Shown here: positions 41,902 through 53,438 of the stretch, piece after piece
Numbering within the stretch: the stretch's first letter is position 1
How the letters are laid out: every line of letters begins with the position of its first letter
Origin: Dictyostelium discoideum
Taxonomy: Eukaryota
Direction: 5' to 3'
NCBI GenBank assembly: GCA_000004695.1
Contig: CM000154.2
Coordinates: forward strand, 3,008,001 to 3,072,000
Length of the DNA stretch: 64,000 nt
Notes under the pieces: generated by a model
What the model saw: the letters and a program-made list of their open reading frames with translations, nothing else
Database searches by the model: none
Told to the model about the DNA's origin: nothing
Program-made: the position numbers and the translations under genes

Positions 41902-44227
41902 TTATTCATCATCAAAGGTCAAAGGAATTTTGTTTTTATTTTGGTTTGTTGATCCTTGAACGGTTTCCAACTGTCTTATTTTTGATTCTAATTCTATAAT
42001 TTTATTTTGCAATATACTAACCTCGCTCTTGTGTAACATTAATGGAAAATTTTCCATCCTAAGTTTTTCATTCATTTTCTTGATCATATGGTCGGTTTTG
42101 TGAGAATAAATTTTTATAAAATTTTTAGGTTCTCTATTATTTGTTACAGTGGCCATTATGGTACCCTTTTTCGATTCAATTGTAAGTGATTGATAATTAA
42201 TTGCTTTAACACTATCATTTGATACAAGGGTCAAATTGCCTGAGGATTTAAATTTTGAATTGGAAATATTTTCTTGTTTTGGAGCAGATAAAGAAATGTT
42301 TTTTCCTGAACACTTAATAAATTGTTTAAAGGAAAGTGTTCCAGATTTTCCAATTGTGTTAATTGAAAATTCTTTTCCTTTGCCATTGACCTCCACATCA
42401 GCAGAAATATTCAATCTACCACATTCTTTAATTAATAATTGAAATGGTTCATCATTTTTTAAATATTCTGTGCCTATTGAGCCATTGCTTATTGTAATCG
42501 AACAATAATTTGATTTGTTTTGGTAACTGATATTTGTACCATTTTCCCCCCTTATTAATAATTTCTTACCTCCATATATCATTATACTATTTCCTTTGGG
42601 CAATTCTACATTGTCTACAGTGACCGAGCCGTTGGAAGTAACAAGTATATCACTAAAAGACGTTAATCCAACCACAACACCAGATTCACCAAAATCTTTT
42701 CCAACATCTATTTTAAAGTTACCATCTTGGTCAATTGATAGATCTCCCTCTAATTTTAACTTATTAATAGGTCCTGTAATTGGATATTTAGGATCGATAT
42801 TAAGTTTTTCACAAATTTTATTAAATGATTCCGAATCACTTGTAATGGAACCGTCTTTTTCGATGCTAATTTCACAACCTTTTTTAATTTCAATTGCAAG
42901 TTTTGTTGAAGTGTTGATGCTACTCTCTACTACATTTAGTTGATATGCAGATTCATATTCTTCTAATAATGTTCTTGAAAATGGTACGTGACTTAATTCA
43001 TTTGAAAAAATGGCAAACAAACAATGACAGTAAGTCATAAAATACCTACAAACTTGATAGCAGTTTGTATCTAGCATTGCATCAGCTTCGGATTTGGAAG
43101 TTTTTTGATTATAAAAAACAATTCTTAGAGTGTTTTTCCAAGTTACTTCTTTTAAACTGTTTTTAAAATTTTCAAATTCAGCCATTGAATTATTCTTTAA
43201 GAATATTTTTTCAAATTCCAATCCAGAGTCACCCAACGATTGCTCGTCATACACAATATTGAAGTGGGAAAATGCATTTCTTAAAAGAACAGAATCTGTA
43301 TTTGAATTTGGTTTTTTGTCAATCCAAACAAAAATTCTAAGAAAAATATCATCCAATAGATGTAAAATCCGTAATCCTTCAAAGGTTTTAGATTGCTTCT
43401 TTTTAACTTTTTCAATGATTTCAGTGTAATAGTATCTAAGGAGGTGAAATTTTTCTTTGATATTAATGTTCTCATTCTGACTTGATTTTTTGAAATCTGA
43501 ATAAACTTGTGACATATCTAAAATTGTTTGACCTATTTGAAATATCCATTTTTTGTATGACTCGTCATCGTTTAGTTTTGAAATTGTTGATCTTAAATAT
43601 TCTGAAATACTTTTGTTAAACCCCGAATTTATTATTTTTGCAGTTTCTCTATAATAATGATAATTAGAAGATAATAAAAATAATAGTTATAATAATAATA
43701 GTTATAATAATAATATTTATAATAATAATAATAATAATAACAATAAAGTTCAATTGAATTATAACTGACTTTTTTTGTTTGTATTACACTTACTCGTTTG
43801 GGTTTGGCTTTTCTAATTTTTCTACATAATTATATTTCATTTTAAAAACTTCAAAGCTATCACTTTCCAAAACAAAATTATCAACTTTTGTTTTATAATC
43901 TCTAATTTTGGAATTCATAATCTGCTTTATAATATCTATTCTTTTATCTTTATCCTGGGTATTTATAATTCTTGTAGCTTGCTTATTATCATTGTCTTTA
44001 TCACCATCAACTATTTTATTTAAATCTTCTTTTTTTAAAATTTTTTCCTGTTCGATTAATGTTTTAAAATAGTAAGATGATAAAACATCACTATATACAT
44101 GATCAAGAAAAAATTCAAAATTTTCAATTGATACCATATCTGATGTTTCGCTCATATCTAAATTTCCATCTTGAGCTGATCCAGACTTAAAAGGAGGAGA
44201 TTTAGTGGGAGTATCTTTATTTATCAT
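41902..44227 (-). CDS. Hypothetical protein with Gly/Ser/Asn-rich beta-type repeats, 2 exons: join(44227..43794, 43648..41902), about 727 aa
   Basis: Exon 1 ends '..KLEKPNPN-GA' at GA|GTAAGT. A 145-nt AT-rich intron ends in TTATTATAG. Exon 2 '(E)ETAKIINSGFNKSISEYLRSTISKLNDDESYKKWIFQIGQTILDMSQVYSDF...' runs in phase into the 537-aa track ORF, whose M is internal. No domain recognised. Confidence 0.5.
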
Positions 44228-44861
44228 TGTGTATTTTTGATTTAAAAAAAAACAAAAAAAAAAAAAAATTTTTAAAAAAATAATTCATCAAAAAAGAAAA
44301 ATTAAAATAATTCTTTTTTTAAAATTTTTTTTTTTTTAAAATTTTCGAGTAGAAAAAAAATGAACTTCCTGTCAGATAAAAACGCGGTTATGAAATTATT
44401 TTTTTTTTGATTTAATTTTTTTTTTTTTTTGAAAAATAAAAAAAATAGATATTTTTAATTGATAAAATAAAAATTTTAAAAAATAATAGTAATTATTTTG
44501 TTTTATTTAAAATTTTTTTATTTAAAAATAAATAAATATAAAAATGAGATATTATTTTTTTTTTTTTTTTTTTTATTTTTTTTTTTTTTAATATCCAATA
44601 AAAAAACAGAAAATAAAAAAAAAAAAATTTATCAAATAAAAAAGAAATTTTAAATTTCCAAAATCTTTTATTTTTTATTCATTTTTCTAAATAATTTAAT
44701 TTTTTTTCTTTTTTTTTTTTTTTTTTTTGAAAACTATTAATTAAATTTTGGTTAAAAATAGTTTTCTTAAAAAAAAAAAAAAGAAAAAAAGAAATATATA
44801 TTTGAACAGAGTTTACTTTTATTTTTATTTTTTTTTTTTTTTTTAAAAAAGCTAAAGAAAA

Positions 44862-45733
44862 TCAATTAAAAAAAACACAGATTAAAGCAAAAGAAATTAT
44901 TGAATTAAAATAGGAAGCTTTAGAATTTGGATGTGGTGATGGTGATGAAGATAATGAAGAAGATGATGATGAAGAAGAGGATGATGATGAAGAATTAACA
45001 ATAAAATTTGTAGTTTTTAATTGTGTTGGATATTGGTATGTATAAATAATTTCAAATTGATTTGATAGATATTGTTTATTATTTGTTTTACAAGTCCATT
45101 GTTTAAAATCAACTTGTACAAAACATTTTAAACTTTCAGATATTGTACCATTATTAAATTTTCCAGTAATTGTCATACCATTATCTTTTGTAGCAATACC
45201 ATTTCTTGGTAATAATGCATCACCTTTGATTGTAATTATATCTTTATTTATATCAATTTCTGATATAGCTTGTTCATTGAATGAAATGGTTACATTTGAA
45301 TCGTAAACACCACCACTTGTTAAAACTGAGTCATTTGAAAATAAAAAGTTAATTACAACTGGTTCAGAAATTGTTAAATTCTTTGGAATTATACAAAAGA
45401 ATGGTCCTCTTATATTACCACCACCTTTTGGAATTACATTACAAGATAGACTAGTTTTTATATTATTTCTATCAATTAATGTTATTGTTGGATCTGGTGA
45501 AGCTATATTGAGTTGAGAGGTACCAGTGGTTAATTGTGATTGTTGATCTTCATTATAATAAAATGAATTTGAATTAATGACTGCACATTTTTTGGTTACA
45601 CTACTGTATGGACAAAATAGTGTAAAATCATATGAAAGATATTCAATAATAAAGCATCTATATTATTATAATTATAATTATTATTTATTTTAATTTTATT
45701 ATTAATTAATAAAAAAAAAAAAATTAATAAAAA

Positions 45734-45771
<38 letters not shown>

Positions 45772-45837
45772 ACCTAGATAGTGAAATAAGAAGGAATAAT
45801 AAAAAAATATTTGTAAATTTCTTCATTTGTGTCTAAT
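44862..45837 (-). CDS. Secreted Ser-rich cell-surface protein, probably GPI-anchored, 2 exons: join(45837..45785, 45657..44862), about 282 aa
   Basis: Exon 1 'MKKFTNIFLLFLLISLS' is a signal peptide and ends at AG|GTAGGT. A 127-nt intron ends in ATAATATAG. Exon 2 encodes Cys-containing modules ('CAVINSNSFYYNEDQQSQLTTG...CNVIPKGGGNIRGPFFCIIPKNLTISEP...CFVQVDFKQWTCKTNNKQYLSNQFEIIYTYQYP'). A poly-Ser stalk follows ('SSSSSSSSSSSSSLSSSPSPHPNSKAS'), then a hydrophobic tail 'YFNSIISFALICVFFN' consistent with a GPI-anchor signal. Confidence 0.55.
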
Positions 45838-46470
45838 TTTAATAAAAAAATTATGTGTAATTTTAAATTTCTTTTTTTTTTTGATTGAAACAAAAAATTA
45901 TATGAGGAAAGAATGAAATAAAAGTTAAAAAAAAATAAAAAGTTTTTTAAATAAGTAAAAAAATAAAGTCTGAGAGAATCTTATAAGAAAAAAAAAAAAA
46001 AATTGATAGTTTTTCTTAGGTTTTTAAGACAAAAATAAAGTTATAGAGAAAAATTTAAAAATCCTTTTGTTTTTTTGAATCATTTATTTTTTTATCTGCA
46101 AAACATCATGATAATATCTTGAACCTTTAAGAAAATTGGTTTTTTTTTTTTTTAATTATTTTTTTATTTTTAATTTGTTTTTTTGGGATAGCACACAAGA
46201 AACACTTCTTTTAATCATTGGAATCATATAAAAATAAAAACACAAATCCTGCCACAAAAAAACTTGTGATCTGCTTTAGATTTGAATTCTTGGATATTTT
46301 TAATTTCTTTTAATTTTTTATTTCTTTTAATTTTTAGAAATAATAATATTGCCACATCTTAAATGCAACATATGCACTAAAATAAAAATAGAATCTAAAT
46401 TTTTGAAATTTTTTTTTTTTTTTTACCCCTTAGAAAAAAAAAAAAAAAAAAGAAATTAAAAAATATTCCA

Positions 46471-47419
46471 CCACCTTTGATGAAAATATTACACCACCTT
46501 TGACGAAAATGAAGAAATTTACAATAGTTTTTTATTATTAATTTTTTTTTTTTTAAAAATTATTAGTTTATATATTTCTATTAAATTTTTTGTTATTAAA
46601 ATATAATAATTATATAGATGCTTTACTCCAGAATATTTTCCATTTAATAGTACACTACATTGTTCATACAATACTAAAACCAAAGAATGTGCAGTTATTA
46701 ATTCATTTTATTATAATGAAGATCAACAATCACAATTAACCACTAATACAAGTAGTAGACTTGGAGTTGCACCAGATCCAACACTAACTTTAATTGATGG
46801 AAATAATATAGCAACTAAATTATCATGCTATATATTCCAACTGGGTGGTGCTATGTTAAGAGGACCATCTTTTTGTGTAATTCCAAAGAATTTAACAATT
46901 TCTGAACCAATTATAATTAATTTTTTATTTCCAAATGGTTCACTTTTAACAACTGATGGTGTTTACGATTAAAATCAAACCATTTCATTCAATGAACAAG
47001 CTATATCAGAAATTGATATAAATAAAGATATAATTACAATCAAAGGTGATGCATTATTACCAAGAAATGGTATTGCTACAAAAGATAAATTTAATAATGG
47101 TACAATATCTGAAAGTTTAAAATGTTTGGTAGAAATTGATATTAAACAATGGACTTGTAAAACAAATAATCAAAAATATCTATCAAATCAATTTGAAATT
47201 ATTTATACATACCAATATCCAAAACAATTAAAAACTACAAATTTTATTGTTAATTCATCATCATCATCTTCATCATCATCTTCATCATCTTTTTCTTCAC
47301 CATCATCATATTCTTCATTATCCTCATCACCACCATCACATCCAAATTCTAAAGCTTCCTATTTTAATTCAATAATTTCTTTTGCTTTAATCTGTGTTTT
47401 TTTAATTGATTTTCTTTAG
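46471..47419 (+). pseudogene. Inverted duplicate of the 44862..45837 gene, disrupted
   Basis: It has the same two-exon layout, on the opposite strand about 0.8 kb away. The exon-1 remnant 'ATGAAGAAATTTACAATAGTTTTTTATTATTAA' (MKKFTIVFYY*) is truncated by a stop. Exon 2 (46620..) is about 85% identical to the intact copy but carries an in-frame TAA at about 46968 ('GTTTACGATTAAAAT' versus 'GTTTACGATTCAAAT' in the paralogue). The C-terminal poly-Ser/GPI region is retained (track ORF 47126..47419). Confidence 0.55.
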
Positions 47420-47771
47420 AATATAGCTATTACAGAGCTCTACTCGAAATCAATTTATTTATATTTCATTGCAAAAATCCCGAATAAACTCGATCTTTCT
47501 AAAAAAAATTTCTTTTTTTCATTATCTCAATTATTCACAGAAAGGTCCATTTCCAACTAGTATAAAAAAAATTAAAAATAAAAATAAAATAAAAAAAAGT
47601 CATTTTTAGTACTTATTTTATTTTATTTTAATTTTTTTTTTATTTTCACATTTTTTATTTTATTTTTTTTTTTTTTTTATTTTATTTTTTTTTTCAATTT
47701 TTTTTTTTTTTTTTTTTTTTTGTTATGTGTGATCACATGATTTTTTTTTTTTTCCAAAACAATAAGAAGAA

Positions 47772-48586
47772 ATGGAAAAAGGGTTATCATCTGATTTAAT
47801 CATTGCATTTGTTGCAATTGTTTTACATGTTGTCAATTATAATGTTACAGCACAATTCGAATATAAAACTAGATATTTTACAAAGGTATTTATAATTTAT
47901 AATTCAAAATTTATAATCATTATTATTAATTATTAATTTATTGTTATATTAATTAATTAATTATTTCAATAATAATAATAATTATAATAATTTGAAACTA
48001 GTTAATTGGTAGAAATGCAATTTACTATTATGCAGTTTTTTTAATTATTTCAGCATTAATTAGAGATCATTTTATCAATGTTGCAGTATTATCAGATAAA
48101 GATTCAATCATATTATTCCCAACTGAAATTGCAAATATGATTGGTGATAGTTGTTTTATTTTTGGTATTTTATTAAATATTTGGACTTTAAAAGCATTGG
48201 GAATTAAAGGAATGTATAATGGTGATAGTTTTGGTCACATTATGGACTCACCAGTAACTGGTGGACCATATCAATTTTTCAGTGATCCACAATATGTTGG
48301 TACTACTATCGCTGCTTTAGGTGTTGCTATTAGAAATCAAAGTATTTATGGATTCTGTAAGTTTTATTTTTTTAATAATAATAATAATAATAATTTTGAA
48401 GAAATTTTATTAACTGTAATAATTTTTTTAATTTTTTTTTTTTTTTTTTTAGTATGTACAATTTTGGTAGGTGTTGTTTTTTACATTTCAGCTACATTTG
48501 TTGAGACACCACATTTGAAAAATATTTATTCAAATAGATCTTATTCAAAAATCAACTTTAAAAATTTAAAATCATTAAAAAATTAA
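47772..48586 (+). CDS. Phosphatidylethanolamine N-methyltransferase (PEMT/PLMT family), 3 exons: join(47772..47885, 48002..48356, 48453..48586), about 200 aa
   Basis: Exon 1 'MEKGLSSDLIIAFVAIVLHVVNYNVTAQFEYKTRYFTK' followed by GTATTT. A 116-nt intron ends in AAACTAG. Exon 2 continues '..LIGRNAIYYYAVFLIISALIRDHF...'. The region aligns with human PEMT '[55 protein letters not shown]'. 'GDSFGHIMDSPVTGGPYQFFSDPQYVGTTIAALGVAI' matches the PEMT SAM-binding motif '..VTxxPFNxLDNPMYWGSTANYLGWAI'. A second candidate 96-nt in-frame intron (GTAAGT...TTTTTAG) has the translation 'KFYFFNNNNNNNFEEILL..', which looks intronic. Confidence 0.6.
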
Positions 48587-48609
48587 ATAAATAAATGAAT
48601 AAATAAGCG

Positions 48610-48643
<34 letters not shown>

Positions 48644-48781
48644 TTTTTAATTATGATATTATTTCAACAAATATTTATTGATGGATTAAATATAGGAAAT
48701 TAAGAGTATTTTATAACATGTGGGTTGAAATTGAAGTTAAATCTATTCATTTCTAAATAATTTATTGAGTGTTTTAGTTAA

Positions 48782-49175
48782 CTAAGGACGAGATTGATGT
48801 TGATGGTTTTTCATTTTATGATAATTATTTTCAATTGTATTGTTATTTTTATTATTCAAATTAATTCTTAAAATACGAATACTATTAATAATGGAATGAT
48901 TTAATTTTAAAGCATTTCGAATATCATTTATTAAATTTTCATTAAAAATTATGGTTTGTTTATTGTATTCTTTTAATTGTTTGGAATTATCTATATGAAC
49001 TTGGTTATTTAAAATTATTAATGATTCTTGATATTTTTTAATTATTTCAATTATACCTGTATCTACTTTAAAATCTTCACCCCCATCATAACATTCTTGA
49101 TTTTTATTGTTTATAATAAAATGATTTAACTTTTCAATGAATTTTTTATCATTATCCTCATATTTACTTTTATTT

Positions 49176-49270
<95 letters not shown>

Positions 49271-49843
49271 AAAATGTGATATTGCTTCATCAATTAATGA
49301 AGTAGTATGATTTTTTAATGTATCTGTTGTTTTAAGAGTATCGGTATTATTTTCTTGGTCATTAAAAATTGATAAGAGTTTTTCATTATCATGATTGATT
49401 GATGAATCCAAAGTTTGATTAATTAGTGTATTTGAATCGAATATGGTTTCTAGTTGTTTTTCAATATCATTTTCAATACATTGAACTGAAATATGAATTT
49501 TTTTCATTTCAGATTTTAACAAACTATTGTTTTTTTCATATTGAATTTTGATTTCATTGAATTTATCATTTGATTCTTGCAATATTTTTTCATTATTTTC
49601 AATCCTTTCAATTACTTTTGGAAATACATCATCTTTAAAACTATTAACAAATGAAAGAATATTTTTTATTGACTCTATTGGATCAGTTTTATGAGCATGG
49701 TGTTCTCCTTTACTTGATATACATATAATACAACATGGAATATATTTGCATTGTAAACATAATACTTTTATATTTTTACTTGGATGTAAAGCACACTTTT
49801 TTTTGTTATTAACTGGATTTTTATTATCAATGTTTGATGCCAT
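48782..49843 (-). CDS. B-box zinc-finger / coiled-coil protein without FNIP repeats (353 aa), inverted paralogue of the 26.6-33 kb cluster genes
   Basis: 'KCALHPSKNIKVLCLQCKYIPCCIICISSKGEHHAHKTDPIES...FKDDVFPKVIERIENNEKILQESNDKFNEIKIQ' is near-colinear with the N-terminal 200 aa of the 31503.. protein. A long poly-Asn tract follows. There are no FNIP units. Confidence 0.6.
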
Positions 49844-50470
49844 TGTTAAAAGATTATATAATCAATATATTTAAAAAAAAACTAAAATTAAAATTAATAA
49901 AAATAAAAACCAACTTTTGTGGTTTGGCCTAAAAAAAAAAAAAATTAAAAATTAAAAATAAAAAATAAAATCATGATTTTATTTTCATCAAAAAAAAAAA
50001 TTAAATAAAATCAAAAAAATTGTTTTTTTTTGTTTTTTTTTTTATTTTTTTTTTATATTAATTTTATATGGAAAAAAAAAAATAGTGAAAAATTAAAAAA
50101 TAATTGATTATAATAAATTCATTATTAAATTATTTTATTATTTATTGTCATTTTTTTAAGATTTTTCTTTGGATCTCTTATTGGTTTAAACAAATTTATA
50201 ATATAGCCTACAACACACCATGTTTTGTGGTGTTTTTCTTGAACACTATCCATATCAATCGATCCTACTGAAAATTTATATCTTAGTGGCATACTTGTAA
50301 TAAATCATGATCAATTTTTATTTTTTATTTTTTATTTTTTTATTTTTATTTTTCAAATTACAAACAAACTTTGGGTGTTTTTTTTTTTAAAAAATAAAAT
50401 AGAATACTCAAATGGGTTGGAATAAATTTAAATCTTTTTTTTTTTCTTTCAAATTTTGAAAATGAAAAAA

Positions 50471-50612
50471 TCGAGGTCAGATGGTGAAGTTACTTTTTTT
50501 TTGAATTGGATAACGCAATTATTAGTTGCTTCTCCTTGAGATACTAGATCCCATTTTATTTTTAGTTTTTTTTTTTTTTTTTTTTTTAAAGGGTGTATAA
50601 AAGAGGGGTTAG

Positions 50613-50657
<45 letters not shown>

Positions 50658-51061
50658 TTTCGAATTTTGAATTGTATTATTACTTTTGATTAAAACATCT
50701 TTTTTGTCCAAATTTTTTTCTAAATCTTTTTTTATTTTATCATCAGCTTCATGATTGATGTTGATGACATATTTGAATTGTTTTTTTTTTGTTTGAGTTT
50801 TATCCACAATTTCCCTTATTTTTTGTAGGCATTTGTGTTGCTTAATATTTGTGGGGTTGTTTGTAATTTTCATCTTTTTTTCTTTCTATTTTTTTTATTT
50901 TACTTTGAAAAGTTAAAAATCTGGAAATTNNNNNNNNNNNNNNNNNNNNNNNNNNNNNNNNNNNNNNNNNNNNNNNNNNNNNNNNNNNNNNNNNNNNNNN
51001 NNNNNNNNNNNNNNNNNNNNNNNNNNNNNTTGGAAATTTCCTGATTAACTTAGGTTCCCCG

Positions 51062-51113
<52 letters not shown>

Positions 51114-51397
51114 TTTTTTATTTTTTTTTTTTTTAAGTCTTTTTTATATGAAAAATGAAACAATCAAAAAAAGAGATTGTTGTTGTTGTTTGTTTTTTCG
51201 ATCTGATTATTTTTTGCTTTTTTTTTGAAAATTTTCAAAACGAAACAAATAATAAATTACAACAAAGTAAAAAGATGGCTTTTTAAAATAGTTTATTTAT
51301 TTATTTATTTGTTTTTTAAGTCTTTTTTATATGAAAAATGAAACAATCAAAAAAAGAGATTGTTGTTGTTTGTTTTTTTCGATCTCTGATGGTGAAG

Positions 51398-51438
<41 letters not shown>

Positions 51439-51526
51439 AATTGGATAACGCAATTATTAGTTGCTTCTCCTTGAGATGTTAGATCTCATTTTATTTTTAG
51501 TTTACAGGGTCTCTAAGAGGGGTTGG

Positions 51527-51565
<39 letters not shown>

Positions 51566-51855
51566 TTTCGAATTTTGAATTGTATTATTACTTTTGATTA
51601 AAACATCTTTTTTGTCCAAACTTTTTTCTAAATCTTTTTTTATTTTATCGTCTGGTTCGTGATTGATGTTTATGACGTATTTGAATTGTTTTTTTTTAAT
51701 TGAGTTTTATCCACAATTTCGCTTATTTTTTGTAGGCATTTGTGTTGCTTAATATTTGTGGTGTTGTTTGTGATTTTCATTTTATTTTCTTTCTATCTTT
51801 TTATTTTTCTTTAAAAAGTTAAAAATCTGGAAATTTTCTGATTAACTTGGGTTCC

Positions 51856-51908
<53 letters not shown>

Positions 51909-51970
51909 GGTGAAGTTTTTTTTTTTTTTTTAATAACATCACTCAATTTGAGTGTGTTCTAGGAGAGTTT

Positions 51971-52019
<49 letters not shown>

Positions 52020-52134
52020 CTTGTTATTCTTATTTTTTTTATTATTATTATTATTATTATATTATTATTATTATTATATTATTATTATTATATTATTATT
52101 ATTATTATATTATTATTATTATTATTATTGTTAT

Positions 52135-52140
<6 letters not shown>
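50471..52140 (-). mobile_element. Non-coding, poly(A)-punctuated repeat modules of a non-LTR retroelement cluster (TRE-like, oriented on the - strand); at least two copies of a unit of about 480 bp plus internal 65-bp direct repeats
   Basis: 50481-50929 and 51381-51860 are near-identical ('gatggtgaagttac-T(n)-gaattggataacgcaattattagttgcttctccttgagat..-T(n)-..gtttcgaattttgaattgtattattacttttgattaaaacatc...gtaggcatttgtgttgcttaatatttgtgg..'). Each is subdivided by long poly-T runs, which are poly(A) on the - strand. 51137-51203 and 51320-51380 repeat 'aagtcttttttatatgaaaaatgaaacaatcaaaaaaagagattgttgttg'. The short - strand ORFs (for example 50586..50873, which reads through poly-A as poly-Lys) are not credible genes. 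Confidence 0.55.
50930..51029. other. Assembly gap (100 N)
   Basis: A run of 100 'n' characters inside the repeat cluster. The true copy number and length of the repeat array are therefore unknown. Confidence 0.99.
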
Positions 52141-52169
<29 letters not shown>

Positions 52170-53332
52170 AGTAGTTGGTGTTATATGAGCAGTATGGTAT
52201 GAAGTGTTCCGGGATGTTTATGGTCATGAGTTTCGAGTTCCAGTTGTGGCTGAATTTTTCGAGTCTTCTTTTTATTGATGCGGTCCGATTGATTGACTCT
52301 CGGTTATCAGTGCATCTTAGTTCTTGACGTAGTTGTTTTTCTACTATCTTTCTTGTTCTATCCCATTCGGCATCTCTCGCTTTTTTGATTTTATGAATTA
52401 TTTGGTTCTCTGTTATTATTGTAGTGTTATCGTTGAATTTTATTTGATTTCTTCTGTACCATATCGATTCCATAATGGCTCCTATCAGATTTGATGAGAA
52501 TGGTGTGAGTAGTTTTCCGAGAACTTTTTCGCTCCATGGACCGTGGTAAGTGTTGTTGGAGTCTTTACAGACCTTTTGATAGATTGAGTCGATATTCTGT
52601 TTTATTGATTTGCATTCGAAGAAGATGTGCATAGACGATTCTTCTTCTTTACATGAGTGGCAATTCTCCCCATGGTGTTTTGGAAGTGCCTTGATTAGAT
52701 ATCTCCATGCTAAGTCTCTTCCTTTGATAGTTGTGATTGATCTGGCTTCTCTAAATGGTAGAATTGGGTGATTAATGTTCTTTTGAATCAGTTTTTGACC
52801 TGTTGTTGGCTGGTGTTTGTTCCATCCCTTGTATTTGATATCCATCATGTTTCTATAGATTACTTTTAATTTTTGTTTGTTTTCGTATTTGGGTTTGACT
52901 TGGTTTAGTTTGAGAGTTATTCGCTCTCTTGGGTGGTGCAACAACTTCCAGGCTTTCCAGCATTTGATGTGAATCCTTGATAGTGAGTTTTCTTTTTCCG
53001 ACTTCCAGACTTCCATATGTGGAGGGCAGTTCTGGTCGTCTTTTTCTCTGAGGTATTGTTCGTATATCCATGCTTTCTGGGCATTGGATCTGGTTGCCAT
53101 ATTCCAGAGTTCCAGGCCTCCAATTTCATAGTCTCTTCTGCTCCTTTCTTTTGAGATAGCCCACCTGTCCCCTTTGAATAACATGTTGGCATTAACGTTC
53201 TCCAGTTTCTTTATGTCATTTATTTCGTTGATGTATAGTTGGAATGTTAGTTGGGACAGGAGGTATGATTTGAGGATTGTGATTCTACCTTTTAGCGTTG
53301 ATGACACGCTCGAGTAGCATTGGTGAAGTTAC
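52141..53332 (-). mobile_element. 5'-truncated non-LTR retrotransposon: ORF2 C-terminal fragment (380-aa ORF 52165..53307) ending in TAA followed directly by a 26-nt poly(A) tail
   Basis: The ORF has atypically GC-rich, non-host codon usage. It contains a Cys/His knuckle 'HHGENCHSCKEEESSMHIFFECKSIKQ' typical of LINE ORF2 C-termini. The stop is followed by poly(A), seen as T26 at 52141-52166 on +. The 5' end abuts the motif GTAACTTCACCA (53332..53321) about 45 bp upstream of a tRNA gene and in opposite orientation. This is the classic arrangement of Dictyostelid tRNA-gene-targeted TRE5-type elements. Confidence 0.6.
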
Positions 53333-53364
53333 TTATAATACTACGATAGCAATAGATTTTGCAA

Positions 53365-53438
53365 GGTCAGATGGTGTAGTCGGTTATCACGGTTGCTTTA
53401 CACGCAACAGGTCTCGAGTTCGATCCTCGGTCAGATCA
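53365..53438 (+). tRNA. tRNA-Val(UAC): tRNA-Val (anticodon UAC), 74 nt
   Basis: Hand-folded cloverleaf. Acceptor GGTCAGA/TCAGATC (one A-A mismatch at 5:68) and discriminator A. D-arm GTGTAGTCGGTTATCACG, nearly identical to the eukaryotic tRNA-Val D-arm. Anticodon stem GTTGC/GCAAC with loop TTTACAC (anticodon TAC). Variable loop AGGTC. T-arm TCGAG-TTCGATC-CTCGG with an intact A-box (TGGTGTAGTCGG) and B-box (GGTTCGATCC) for pol III. Confidence 0.75.

Noticed and set aside
50476-50487. 12-mer GGTCAGATGGTG identical to the 5' end of the tRNA-Val gene, 2.9 kb away
   Set aside because: Its sister repeat copy at 51371 reads tcgatctctGATGGTG, so the match is a chance variant inside the retroelement module and not a tRNA fragment. 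No D-arm, anticodon arm or T-arm follows.
50586-50873. 95-aa - strand ORF 'MKITNNPTNIKQHK...[10 protein letters not shown]'
   Set aside because: Reads through a poly(A) run (poly-Lys) and lies inside the tandem non-coding repeat module. It is duplicated with frame changes in the second copy. Not a credible host gene. At most it is a remnant of an element-internal leader.
52853-53192. Overlapping 72-aa and 91-aa - strand ORFs inside the ORF2 fragment
   Set aside because: Alternative frames of the GC-richer retroelement sequence. Fully nested in the longer frame that carries the CCHC knuckle.
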